Part shown: in pieces, positions 22,192-31,996 of the stretch
Position numbering within the stretch: position 1 is the stretch's first letter
Layout of the letters: each line of letters opens with the position of its first letter
Assembly (NCBI GenBank): GCA_965214705.1
Contig: OZ243972.1
Location: 736,001-800,000, forward strand
Direction: 5' to 3'
Origin: Alphaproteobacteria bacterium
GTDB lineage: Bacteria > Pseudomonadota > Alphaproteobacteria > UBA828
Length of the DNA: 64,000 nucleotides
The notes under the pieces: generated by a model
The model's input: only the letters and a program-made list of their open reading frames with translations
What the model was told of the DNA's origin: nothing
The model's database searches: none
Position numbers and translations under genes: made by a program

Positions 22192-23190
22192 CTAGCTCCA
22201 GAGCTTCGCCTTGGCCGCGTCGATGTCGATGTCGTAGAGCCGGGCCGCGTTGAGCCCCAGAATCTTCCTCTTCACGTCGGGCGTCAGGTCGACGCCGCGC
22301 TCCTGCTTGATGTCCTCGGGCAGCTCGAAGGCCCAGAACTTCTCCACCAGCCACTTGGGCGTCCAGATGGCGTAGTCGCTCGCAAAAGTAAGCTTGTCCT
22401 CACCCACCCAGAAGAGGAGCTCGGCGATTACCTCCGCGAAATAGCGCGGGCGCGCGTGCATGAAGGGCATCACCACGGCGAGCCCGCCCCAGACGTTCTC
22501 CTCCTGCACGGCGATCCAGCAGAAGTCGTCGAGCCGCGGCAGGCCGACGTGCTCGACGATGAATTTGAGGTTGGGGAAGTCGGTCGCGGCGTAGTCCACG
22601 TCGTGGCAGTCGAAGGCGTCCTTAGCCAGCGGCGTGATGGTCGGCCCCTTGTGGACGTGCATGTTGGTGATGCCGAGCTTCTCGCAGAGCTCGAAGCAGC
22701 GATAGGCCTCGGTGTCGTTGAGCCGCCAGCCTCGCGAGGCGCCGCGCCATTCCGCCGTGTAGAGCTTCACGCCCCTGATGCCGTAGGCCTCCTTCAGCGC
22801 GTGAATGTGCTCCAGCGCAGCCGTGCCCTCGCGGGGGTCGAAGGAGCCGTTGAGGATGAAGCGGTCCGGGTGCGCCTGCGTGATGACGGCGTTCTGCTCG
22901 GTGGTGTTGAAGCCCTCGATATAGAACTCCTTGAGGTAGGTCGGCTGGATGATCGCCATGTCCACCGGCCCATCGACGAATAGGTCGCGGACCATCGTCT
23001 CCGCGTCGTACTTCTCGAACTTCTCCTTGGGCCAGACCTCCTGCTCGGGGCTGAGCGCGCTGTGGTAGGCGTAGAAGCAGTCGATGAACTGCTTGCCGTG
23101 GATGTTGCGCTGGTTGGCCGGCGCGGCATCCCAGAAATGGGTGTGCCCGTCGACGACGAACAGCTCCTCCCCGTCGCTGGTCCTGTACAT
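22192..23190 (-). CDS. amidohydrolase family protein (type found in propane monooxygenase clusters)
   Basis: DGHTHFWD, KLYTAEW, HVHKGPT, EHVGLPRLDDF, FASDY. Confidence 0.85.
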   Translation of the reverse strand: MYRTSDGEELFVVDGHTHFWDAAPANQRNIHGKQFIDCFYAYHSALSPEQEVWPKEKFEKYDAETMVRDLFVDGPVDMAIIQPTYLKEFYIEGFNTTEQNAVITQAHPDRFILNGSFDPREGTAALEHIHALKEAYGIRGVKLYTAEWRGASRGWRLNDTEAYRCFELCEKLGITNMHVHKGPTITPLAKDAFDCHDVDYAATDFPNLKFIVEHVGLPRLDDFCWIAVQEENVWGGLAVVMPFMHARPRYFAEVIAELLFWVGEDKLTFASDYAIWTPKWLVEKFWAFELPEDIKQERGVDLTPDVKRKILGLNAARLYDIDIDAAKAKLWS

Positions 23191-23332
23191 CTTGCCCCCC
23201 TTCAACTGCGACCGAGGGCGAGGGTAGCCGGGCCCGCGCCAAACACAAGCCGCGATGCGGGAGGCGATATGGCGCGTACACGGCGCCGCTGATAAGCTTG
23301 CGGGAGCGCGGAACGAGAGGGGAGATCCGGGG

Positions 23333-24037
23333 ATGGCTGAGCGGATGGTCGACCTGACGTTGACGCTGACCGACAACATGCCGGCGCACAAGCTCTTCCA
23401 GCGCCCGGTCATCGTGCCCCACTACACCCACGAGCAGACCCGCGAGCAGTTCTTCCTGGGCGTCGAGGACGACAGGCTCTCCTTCGCCACCACCTACATG
23501 GGCATGATCGACCACATCGGCACCCACGTGGACGCGTTCTATCACGTCAATCCCGAGGGCGCGCCGGTGGACCAGATGCCGCTCGACATGTTCATGGGCA
23601 AAGCGGTCTGCTGGGACCTGACCTACGTTCCCGATCTCGGCGACATCGACGTGGCGGACTTCGAGGAGGCGGAGGAGAAAGGCGGCGTGAAGGTGGATGG
23701 CCACATCGTGCTGCTCAACACCGGGCTCCACAATCGCCACTACCCGGACGTGAAGTCGGTATGGAGCAACCCCGGCATCACCGAAGCCGCGACCCACTGG
23801 CTGGCCGATCGCGGCTCAAAGCTCCACGGCGTCGAAGGCCCATCTACCGACAAGCCGTCGGATAACCTGTTTCCCAACCACCGCGTCTGCCGCGACCGCG
23901 GCATCGCCCACTACGAATGGTTGATCAACCTCGAAGAGCTGATCGGCAAGGGCGAGTTCATGTTCTACGGGCCGCCGATCAAGATCGGCAACGGCAGCGG
24001 CGCGCCGGTCCGCGCCTGGGCGATCCTCGACGAATAG
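23333..24037 (+). CDS. cyclase family metal-dependent hydrolase (KynB-like)
   Basis: HIGTHVDAFYH motif, GSGAPVRAWA terminus. Confidence 0.9.
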   Translation: MAERMVDLTLTLTDNMPAHKLFQRPVIVPHYTHEQTREQFFLGVEDDRLSFATTYMGMIDHIGTHVDAFYHVNPEGAPVDQMPLDMFMGKAVCWDLTYVPDLGDIDVADFEEAEEKGGVKVDGHIVLLNTGLHNRHYPDVKSVWSNPGITEAATHWLADRGSKLHGVEGPSTDKPSDNLFPNHRVCRDRGIAHYEWLINLEELIGKGEFMFYGPPIKIGNGSGAPVRAWAILDE

Positions 24038-24073
24038 ATCGCGCGCCTGCGCCTGGCGCCGGGTGAGGCGCCG

Positions 24074-25159
24074 ATGACCCGCATCGACGACCGCTCGGTC
24101 GACGCGCGCATCCCCATCACCCTGCTCACGGGTTTCTTGGGCGCCGGCAAGACCACGCTGGTCAACCGGCTGCTCAGCGCGCCGGACGCCGGCAAAATCG
24201 CGGTCATCGTCAACGAGTTCGGCGAAATCGGCATCGACGGCGACCTGATCGCCCGCGCCAACGAGGACATGCTGGAACTCACCAACGGCTGCATCTGCTG
24301 CGCGGCCCAAGGCGACCTGATGGACGGACTCAACCGGCTCTTCCTGCGCAAGATCGGCCTCGCCGAGCCCCAGGTGGACTTCGACAAGATCGTGATCGAG
24401 ACCACGGGAATCGCCGACCCCTCCCCGCTGGCCCGGCTCTTCTACACCGACATGAAGCTCGACCTCACCTTCCGCCTCGACGCGGTGCTGACGGTGGTCG
24501 ACCTGAAGCACGTGACCGGCCAGATCGCGCGCTCGCCGGAGGCGCAGAAGCAGATCGCCATCGCCGACAAGCTGATTTTCAACAAGCGCGACCTGGTGGA
24601 CGACGAAGAGTTCGCGCACGCCGTGGCAGCGGTCGAGAGACTCAACCCCTTCTCGGTGAAGGAGGTCACCACCCACGGCGCACTGCCGGTGGACCGGCTG
24701 CTCGACCTCGACCTGTTCGAGCCCAAGCGGCGGGACGACATGGTGGGCGCCTGGATCGGCGCCGACCGACCAGATACCGATCACGCAGCCGACGATCATG
24801 CCCACGACGATCCCGTCCACACACCGGGAGTCGGTGCCGTCTGCCTGCAAACCCGTGAACCGCTGGAGTGGAACGCGCTGCTCCGCTTCTTCCTGGAGCT
24901 CACTGAGGAGAAGGGCGAGGACCTTTTCCGCGTGAAAGGGATGGTGCACTTCCAGAACGTCGAGAAGCCGGTGATCATCCAGGGCGTGCAGGCCACCTTC
25001 AGCCCGCCGACCTATGCCGAGGCGTGGCCGCGCGGTGAGGCTGAGACGCGGATCGTGGTGATCGGCCGCGACCTCGACCGGGCGACGATGGAAGCGCGCT
25101 TCGCGGCTTGCGTGGCGAAGCGCGAGACCACCCTCGACCGCGGCCTCGGCGCCATCTGA
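24074..25159 (+). CDS. CobW/COG0523 GTP-binding metallochaperone
   Basis: GFLGAGKTT, NEFGE, GCICC, ETTG, His-rich linker. Confidence 0.93.
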   Translation: MTRIDDRSVDARIPITLLTGFLGAGKTTLVNRLLSAPDAGKIAVIVNEFGEIGIDGDLIARANEDMLELTNGCICCAAQGDLMDGLNRLFLRKIGLAEPQVDFDKIVIETTGIADPSPLARLFYTDMKLDLTFRLDAVLTVVDLKHVTGQIARSPEAQKQIAIADKLIFNKRDLVDDEEFAHAVAAVERLNPFSVKEVTTHGALPVDRLLDLDLFEPKRRDDMVGAWIGADRPDTDHAADDHAHDDPVHTPGVGAVCLQTREPLEWNALLRFFLELTEEKGEDLFRVKGMVHFQNVEKPVIIQGVQATFSPPTYAEAWPRGEAETRIVVIGRDLDRATMEARFAACVAKRETTLDRGLGAI

Positions 25160-25172
25160 GCAGGAGCCATCC

Positions 25173-26567
25173 ATGAGCTTTGCGTACATGACGGCGACCG
25201 AACTGACGGGCCTGCTGGCGGCGCGCGACATCTCGCCGGTGGAGCTGGTGGAGGACACGCTCAGTCGGCAGGAAGCGCTGGAGCCCGAGATCAACGCCTT
25301 CGTCACCCGCACGCCGGAAGTCGCGCTGGAAGCCGCACGCGCGCAGGAACGCGCGATTGCCGCAGGCGAAGCAGGCGCGATTGCCGGCCTCCCCACCTCG
25401 GTCAAGGACCTGGTGGCGATGGCTGGCGTGCCCTGGACCTTCGGCTCCCGGCCCTTCGCCGAAAACGTGGTGGACTTCGATGCGCCCGCTGTGGAGCGGG
25501 TCAGGGCGGCCGGCGGCTGCATCGTCGGCAAGTCCACCACCAGCGAGTTCGGCTGCAAGGCGGTCTGCGACAGCCCCCTCACCGGGATCACCCGCAATCC
25601 GTGGAACCTGGCGAAGACATCCGGCGGCTCCAGTGGCGGCGGGGCCGCGAGCGTCGCCGCCGGGCTCACGCCCTTTGCGGTCTGCACCGACGGCGGCGGC
25701 TCCGTGCGTATTCCCTCTGCGCTCTGCGGGCTCTTCGGCATCAAGGGGCAGTTCGCCCGGGTGCCGGTGCACCCGGTCTCGGCAGCGCCCACCCTCGCCC
25801 ACGTGGGCGCGATCGCGCGGACGGTGCGGGACGCCGCGTTGCTGCTTAGCGTGATGGCGGGCCACGACCGGCGCGATGCCTTCGGCGTCGCCGAGCCCGT
25901 ACCGGATTTCGTTGCCGCCTGCGAGGCGGGCGCAAAGGGAATGCGCATCGCCTGGAGCCCGACCCTCGGCTACGCCGAGCCCGAGCCCGAGATCGCGGCC
26001 CTTTGCGAGGTCGCTGCCCGGCGTTTCGAGGCGCTGGGGTGCGAGGTGGAGCTGGTCGAAGACGCGCTCGGCGAGGATCCGGTCGAGATCTGGATGGCGG
26101 AGTTTTACGGCGGCATCGGCACCAAGCTGAAGGGCGTGATGACGGAGCGGCCGGAGGAGCTGGACCCCGCCGTGGTTGCGACGCTGAGCGGCGGGCTCGA
26201 CCGCTCCATGGTGGACTATTTCGGCCAGCTCTTCGCCCGCTACGAGTTCCGCGAAAAGATGCGCCAGTTCTTCGAGCGCTACGACCTGCTGCTCTCGCCG
26301 ACGCTGCCGTGCGCCGCCTTCGACGTGGGCCACGACACGCCGCCGGGGCTGGAGGCGCGCAACATCGTCTCCTGGGTCTACTACACCTATCCCTTCAACC
26401 TGACCGGTCAGCCGGCGGCATCGATCCCGGCAGGCTTCACCGACGCCGGGCTCCCGGTCGGCCTGCAGATGGTGGCCGGCATTAACCGCGAGGTGGACAT
26501 TCTGCGCGCCGCCGCCGCGTTCGAGGAAGCGGCACCCTGGGCCGACCGCCGACCTCCCCTGACTTGA
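25173..26567 (+). CDS. amidase (amidase-signature family)
   Basis: VKD, GGSSGG, TDGGGSVRIP. Confidence 0.93.
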   Translation: MSFAYMTATELTGLLAARDISPVELVEDTLSRQEALEPEINAFVTRTPEVALEAARAQERAIAAGEAGAIAGLPTSVKDLVAMAGVPWTFGSRPFAENVVDFDAPAVERVRAAGGCIVGKSTTSEFGCKAVCDSPLTGITRNPWNLAKTSGGSSGGGAASVAAGLTPFAVCTDGGGSVRIPSALCGLFGIKGQFARVPVHPVSAAPTLAHVGAIARTVRDAALLLSVMAGHDRRDAFGVAEPVPDFVAACEAGAKGMRIAWSPTLGYAEPEPEIAALCEVAARRFEALGCEVELVEDALGEDPVEIWMAEFYGGIGTKLKGVMTERPEELDPAVVATLSGGLDRSMVDYFGQLFARYEFREKMRQFFERYDLLLSPTLPCAAFDVGHDTPPGLEARNIVSWVYYTYPFNLTGQPAASIPAGFTDAGLPVGLQMVAGINREVDILRAAAAFEEAAPWADRRPPLT

Positions 26568-26613
26568 CCTGCAACGCTGGCCCGCCGCACAGCGCACAAC
26601 GAGGGAGGCGGCG

Positions 26614-27300
26614 ATGCCGCTGGATGACAAGGTTCGCCAAGCGCTCGACACCATCTTCTCCGGCGACTCCGGCCTCTATAAGAATCGCGGCTGGAACCAG
26701 CGCTCGGGCTTCGGCACGCGGCCTGCGCTCCTCAACATCGACCTCGCCAACGCCTGGACCCGGCCGGGCTATCGTTTCTCCTGCGACGACATGGACGATC
26801 GCATCATCCCTGGCGTACAGCGCCTGCTCGAAGCCGCGCGCGCCAAGCGGATACCGATCGTCTACACCACCACCGCATTCTGCAGCCGCTTCGACATGGG
26901 CGCCTTCCCACTCAAGAAGCCCTTCGAGGACCTGATGCTGGGCTCGCCGGCGACCGAGATCGACGACCGCGTGCCCCTGGAGGAAGGCGTCGACACACTG
27001 ATTGTGAAGAAGCGGCCGAGCGCCTTCGCGGGTACCCATCTCGGCGGCATCCTGCGTGCCGGCGGCATCGACACGCTGATCTGCACCGGCGTCACCATGG
27101 CGAGCTGCGTCAGGCATACGGTGGAGGACGCGCTCGGCGAGGGCTTCCGCACCGTCCTGGTGCGCGAATGCGTAGGCGATCGCGTGCCCGCAGCCATCGA
27201 GTGGAACCTGTTCGACCTCGACATGAAGTATTGCGACGTCGAGCCGCTCGAACGTGTCCTCGCCTACCTCGCCGACCTGGAACCCTTCGAAGAGCGCTAA
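26614..27300 (+). CDS. isochorismatase family, N-carbamoylsarcosine amidase-like
   Basis: IDLANAWT..FSC, K..SAF, CVRHTVEDA, GDRVP..WNL match Arthrobacter CSHase motifs as recalled. Confidence 0.8.
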   Translation: MPLDDKVRQALDTIFSGDSGLYKNRGWNQRSGFGTRPALLNIDLANAWTRPGYRFSCDDMDDRIIPGVQRLLEAARAKRIPIVYTTTAFCSRFDMGAFPLKKPFEDLMLGSPATEIDDRVPLEEGVDTLIVKKRPSAFAGTHLGGILRAGGIDTLICTGVTMASCVRHTVEDALGEGFRTVLVRECVGDRVPAAIEWNLFDLDMKYCDVEPLERVLAYLADLEPFEER

Positions 27301-27977
27301 GCCGGCCCACGCGTGAGGGGGACGAAGGCCACCGGCAGCAGCGATTTCGCCTCGCTCGGGCCGTCCGAGCGCTTCTCGATGCGCTGCAACTGCTGGGTCG
27401 CGCCGGCGGGGCCGACGGGGATGACCAGACGGCCGCCGGGCCTGAGCTGAGCCACCAGCGCTGGCGGCACTGCGGGCGATGCCGCAGTCACGATGATGCC
27501 GTCGAACGGCGCCTCCTCCGGCCAGCCTGCATGGCCGTCCCCGGCGCGCACCGTGGCCTGCGCATGGCCCAGCGCCTCGAGGCGCGCCGCCGCCGCCGCC
27601 GCCAGCGGCTCGACGACCTCAACCGAGTGAACGATAGCTCCCAGCGCACAGAGGACGGCGGTCTGGTAGCCGCAGCCGGTGCCGACCTCCAGGATGCGCG
27701 CGCCCGGCTCGACATCGAGAAGCTCGGTCATCAGGGCGACGACGAAGGGTTGCGAGATGGTCTGGCCGTGGCCGATGGGAAGCGGCCTGTTCTCGTAGGC
27801 GAACGCCTTCTCCGTCTCGGGCACGAAGGCCGCGCGCGGCACGGTGCACATGGCCTCCATGACAGCATCGCCGAAGACCGGCCGTCCGGTCTTGTCGCCG
27901 GTCTCATACGCGTCGCGCGCAATCGCCTCCAGCATGGTGTCGGCGGTCGCGGTCGCTCCAAGCAAATTGCGCAGCAT
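27297..27977 (-). CDS. pcm: protein-L-isoaspartate O-methyltransferase
   Basis: GQTISQP, LEVGTGCGYQTA, APFDGIIVTA. Confidence 0.92.
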   Translation of the reverse strand: MLRNLLGATATADTMLEAIARDAYETGDKTGRPVFGDAVMEAMCTVPRAAFVPETEKAFAYENRPLPIGHGQTISQPFVVALMTELLDVEPGARILEVGTGCGYQTAVLCALGAIVHSVEVVEPLAAAAAARLEALGHAQATVRAGDGHAGWPEEAPFDGIIVTAASPAVPPALVAQLRPGGRLVIPVGPAGATQQLQRIEKRSDGPSEAKSLLPVAFVPLTRGPA

Positions 27978-28000
27978 CGTCCGCGTGCGCCTTCGCTCCG

Positions 28001-29020
28001 CTAGCGGAGGTGAGGGATCACCTTGGTCGCGTACTCGGCGACCATTCGTTCCTGGTCTTCCGTCATCAGGTAGAGCGCGAACTGCGTGACCCCGGCCGCT
28101 TCCAGCGCCTTGATCTTTTCAATGTGGGCCTCGGCCGGGCCGATCAGGCAGAAGGATTCGGTGATGGCGTCGGTGACGTAGTGCACGTTGTCGGAGCCCG
28201 CGACCGCGTGCTTCTGATAGTCGTAACCCTCGTCGGCGCCGCGCCCTTGGCGCGCGGCGATGAACGCGGTCAGGCTCTCCGGCACTAGGTCCGTATCCGC
28301 ACCGTGGCGCTCCACGATGTCGGCGACATGGTTGCCGACCACGGCGGGGAACCAGCTGGTCTGGGCGATGGCGGTCTCGCGGTCGCCGATCCAGGCCGGC
28401 GCGCAGGAGAGCACCCGGTATCCGGCCGCATCCAGGCCCGCCGCCTTGCGCGCCGCGAGCGCTTGGCCAGCCATCCACTGGCAGAGCCCCGGATCGGCCA
28501 GCTGGATCACCAGCCCGTCCCCGTGCGTGCCGGCGGCGGCGAGCGCGCGCGGCCCGTAGGCCGCGATCCAGATGGGCAGGTCGTAGGGGTCGGCCCAGTC
28601 GAGCTGGACCGGCCCGCTGGCGCCGTCGTATTCGCACGCCTCGCCCCGCAACATGGTGCGAAGCGCGTCGCAGTATTCAGTAAGCGTCTCGACCGTCGCG
28701 GGCCGGTGCCCCATGACGCGCACCGAGCTGTCGCCGCGGCCGACCGCCACGTCGACCCGGCCGTCGCCAAGCTGAACCAGCCGCGCGAAGATGCTGGCGG
28801 CCACCGACCAGTCGCGCACCCTGGGGTTAGTGACCAGCGGCCCGACCCGGATGCGCTTCGTGTGGTCCAGGCAGACCGCCATCTGGGTGTAAACGTCGGA
28901 CCACAGGATGTGCGAATCCGCGAACCACATGTAGTCGAAGCCGGCGGCCTCGGCCTGGTGGGCGAGCGCGACGGTGCGGCGCACGTCGAGGTCGCCCTTG
29001 ATACTGATGCCCAGCTCCAT
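28001..29020 (-). CDS. LLM-class oxidoreductase (TIGR03842-like)
   Basis: FADSHILW, GPLVTNP, GRGDSS, AAYGP, LQLADP-like motifs. Confidence 0.75.
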   Translation of the reverse strand: MELGISIKGDLDVRRTVALAHQAEAAGFDYMWFADSHILWSDVYTQMAVCLDHTKRIRVGPLVTNPRVRDWSVAASIFARLVQLGDGRVDVAVGRGDSSVRVMGHRPATVETLTEYCDALRTMLRGEACEYDGASGPVQLDWADPYDLPIWIAAYGPRALAAAGTHGDGLVIQLADPGLCQWMAGQALAARKAAGLDAAGYRVLSCAPAWIGDRETAIAQTSWFPAVVGNHVADIVERHGADTDLVPESLTAFIAARQGRGADEGYDYQKHAVAGSDNVHYVTDAITESFCLIGPAEAHIEKIKALEAAGVTQFALYLMTEDQERMVAEYATKVIPHLR

Positions 29021-29184
29021 GATGCCCTCCCCGGCCAAGCCGGCAGGATGGCACAGTCGTGGTCGGCCCGCCACGCGCCGGGCCGGCGCGCCTGCCAAAC
29101 GCCCGCCCGCCGTGCTAAACCCCGCGCAGGCGGCGCCCGGCGCCGCCCTCCCGCCCCGGTGAGCGACGACAGGCGACGGCGAGC

Positions 29185-30522
29185 ATGAGCAAGCGGCAGA
29201 TGGTCCTGGTGGGCTTCCTCCAGGCGCAGAACTGCTCCAACTACCCGGCGTCCTGGCGCCACCCGGAGTCTGCCACGGACTTCCTCACCGCCGACTACTA
29301 CCAGCGCATCGCGCGCATCCTCGAGGCCGGCAAGTTCCATCTCGCGTTCTTCGACGACCGCCTCGCACTGCCGGACATCTACGGCGGCGACCATGCCGAA
29401 GCGGTGCGCAACGGGGTGCGGGTGGTCAAGATGGACCCGATCCCGATCCTCACCCTGATGGGGGCCGCAACCACGCGGCTCGGGCTGGGCGCGACCTGCT
29501 CGACCACCTACTACCAGCCGTTCCACGTGGCGCGCATGTTCTCCACCCTCGATCACATGAGCGGCGGCCGGGCGGCCTGGAACGTGGTGACGTCGCTCAA
29601 CGATTCCGAGGCCGCGAACTACGGCGCGGACAGGGTGATCGAGCATAACGAGCGCTACGACCGTGCCGACGAGTTCATGGAGGTGGTCCTCGGCCACTGG
29701 GGTGCGTGGGACGAGGACGCCATCGTCCTCGACAAGGAGCAGGGCCTTTTCGCCGACCCGGCGGGGGTGCATCGCCTCGACCACGCGGGCCGCTTCCTGC
29801 GCTCGCGCGGGCCGTTCACCGTGCCGCGCACGCCTCAAGGGCGTCCCATCGTGATCCAGGCCGGCCAGAGTGGGCGGGGGCGCCAGTTCGCGGCGCGCTG
29901 GGCCGATGTGATCTTCGCGATCTACCCCACCCTGGAGTTCGGCCAGAAGGCCTACGCGGCGACGCGTGAGGCGGCCATCGCCGCCGGCCGCGACCCGGAC
30001 TCCTGCCGCGTGGCGCCGGCGGCCTACGTCACGGTCGGCGAAACCCAGGGGGAGGCGGAGGAGAAGGCCGCCTTCATCGCCGGTCTCGCGCGGCCCATCG
30101 ACACGCTGGCGCTGCTCTCCGAAGCGCTCAACTACGACTTCGCGACCAAGCCTGCGGGCGAGCCCTTCACCGACGAGGAGATGGCCTCCATCAGTGGCCT
30201 CCAGGCGATCCGCGACCGGGTGGTGACGCTGAGCGGCAATCCGCACCCGACGGTCGAGGACTTCGTGACCTACAGCAGGCGCGGCACGGTGAACGAGATG
30301 CCCCATTTCGTGGGCACGCCAGCGGCGGTCGCCGATCAGATGGCGGAATGGTTCGAGGGCGAAGCCTGCGACGGCTTCGTGCTCGCCGCGACCCACATGC
30401 CGGGCGCCTACGAGGATGTAGCCCGCCTCGTGGTGCCCGAGCTGCAGCGGCGCGGCCTCTACCACGAGGACTATGCCGGGCCGACGCTCAGGGAGAATCT
30501 GGGGCTGGGAAACACGCTATGA
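29185..30522 (+). CDS. NtaA/DszA family flavin-dependent monooxygenase (LLM class)
   Basis: TLDHMSGGRAAWNVVTS, PQGRPIVIQAGQS, VPELQRRG..TLRENLGL. Confidence 0.9.
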   Translation: MSKRQMVLVGFLQAQNCSNYPASWRHPESATDFLTADYYQRIARILEAGKFHLAFFDDRLALPDIYGGDHAEAVRNGVRVVKMDPIPILTLMGAATTRLGLGATCSTTYYQPFHVARMFSTLDHMSGGRAAWNVVTSLNDSEAANYGADRVIEHNERYDRADEFMEVVLGHWGAWDEDAIVLDKEQGLFADPAGVHRLDHAGRFLRSRGPFTVPRTPQGRPIVIQAGQSGRGRQFAARWADVIFAIYPTLEFGQKAYAATREAAIAAGRDPDSCRVAPAAYVTVGETQGEAEEKAAFIAGLARPIDTLALLSEALNYDFATKPAGEPFTDEEMASISGLQAIRDRVVTLSGNPHPTVEDFVTYSRRGTVNEMPHFVGTPAAVADQMAEWFEGEACDGFVLAATHMPGAYEDVARLVVPELQRRGLYHEDYAGPTLRENLGLGNTL

Positions 30523-30529
30523 TCGCCCG

Positions 30530-31996
30530 ATGAATGTCAAAGATGGGGCCGCCCACCTGCGCGCGCTCGATAAGGACCGGGCGGTCTATCTCGACGGCGA
30601 GTTGATCACGCGCGTCGCCGACCATCCGGCCTTCGCTTCTGCCTGCCGCTCTGCGGCCGCCCTCTACGACTTCCAGGCGGCCGCAGAGAACGTCGAGCGT
30701 ATGACCTTCGAGACCAAGACTGGGCGCCGCGCGAACCGCGCCTGGCAGATGCCGCGCAGCTACACCGAGCTGGTCGCGAGGCGCGAAGCGCTCACCGCCT
30801 GGGCCGAGCTTCATGCGGGCTTCCTCGGCCGCTCGCCCGATCACCTCGCCTCCTCCATCGCGGGCCAAGCGATGGGGATCGAGGTCTTCGAGCGCCACGG
30901 TGCGCGCCACGCCCATGCGCTCCGCGACTACTACGCCTACGCGCGCGACAACGACCTCTACCTCACCTACGTCATCATCAACCCGCAGGGTGATCGCTCC
31001 AAGTCGTGGGGCGAGCAGGCGAGCGAAGAGATGACCATGCGGGTCGTCGACGAGGACGCGGAAGGCGTGACCGTGCGCGGCGCCAAGATGCTCGGCACCG
31101 GCTCGGTCATGGCCGAGGAAATCCTGGTCGCGAACCTGCAGCCGTTGCAGCCGGGCGAGGAGCGCTTCGCCATCTCCTTCGCGCTGCCGCTCGATACCCG
31201 CGGCCTCAAGGTGCTCTCGCGCAAGAGCTACGAGGCAAGCGCCGTCAGCGCCTGGGACAACCCACTCTCCCACCGCTTCGACGAGAACGATTCCGTCGTC
31301 TATTTCGATGACGTCAAGGTGCCGTGGGAGCGGATCTTCGTCTTCGGCGATACAGACATGTGCCGGGCGCAGTTCCACGACACGCCGGGCCACGTCTTCC
31401 AGAACTACCAGTCGCAGATCCGCCTGGTGGTGAAGCTCAAATTCCTGCTGGCGGTCGCGCGCCGCATCGCCGAGACCATTGGCACCGCCAAGATGCCGCC
31501 GGTGATGGGGCAGCTCGGCGAGATGGCGTCCGAGGTCGCAGCCGTGGAAGGGCTGCTCTACGGCATGGAGAGCGCGGGCGGCATGGTGGGCGAGCACTAC
31601 GTGCCGAATGCGAGCATGATGTACGCCGCACAGGTCCAGACCCAGGCCCTCTACCCACGCCTGATCGACGGGATCCGCTCTCTCGCCGGCGGCAGCCTGA
31701 TCATGCTGCCGTCGTCTGTGGCGGACCTGGGCAACCCGGACATCGCGCCCCTGATTGAGCGCACCCAGGTCTCCTCGCGACCCGGCGAGGGTGCTGCCGA
31801 GCGGATGGCGCTGATGAAGCTTGCCTGGGATGCGGTGGGCTCCGAGTTCGCCGGCCGCCACACCCAGTACGAGATGTTTTACGCAGGCGCCAAGTTCGTC
31901 ACCACCGCGCACTGCTTCAGGCGCTACGACTGGGCCGGCGCCGATCGCATCCTGGAGGGGCTGATGGCCGGCAACGAGGGCCCCGGCGCGCCGTGA
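30530..31996 (+). CDS. 4-hydroxyphenylacetate 3-hydroxylase (HpaB) family oxygenase
   Basis: GRSPDH, INPQGDRS, GAKMLGT, RFDEND, FAGRHTQYEMFYAG. Confidence 0.88.
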   Translation: MNVKDGAAHLRALDKDRAVYLDGELITRVADHPAFASACRSAAALYDFQAAAENVERMTFETKTGRRANRAWQMPRSYTELVARREALTAWAELHAGFLGRSPDHLASSIAGQAMGIEVFERHGARHAHALRDYYAYARDNDLYLTYVIINPQGDRSKSWGEQASEEMTMRVVDEDAEGVTVRGAKMLGTGSVMAEEILVANLQPLQPGEERFAISFALPLDTRGLKVLSRKSYEASAVSAWDNPLSHRFDENDSVVYFDDVKVPWERIFVFGDTDMCRAQFHDTPGHVFQNYQSQIRLVVKLKFLLAVARRIAETIGTAKMPPVMGQLGEMASEVAAVEGLLYGMESAGGMVGEHYVPNASMMYAAQVQTQALYPRLIDGIRSLAGGSLIMLPSSVADLGNPDIAPLIERTQVSSRPGEGAAERMALMKLAWDAVGSEFAGRHTQYEMFYAGAKFVTTAHCFRRYDWAGADRILEGLMAGNEGPGAP

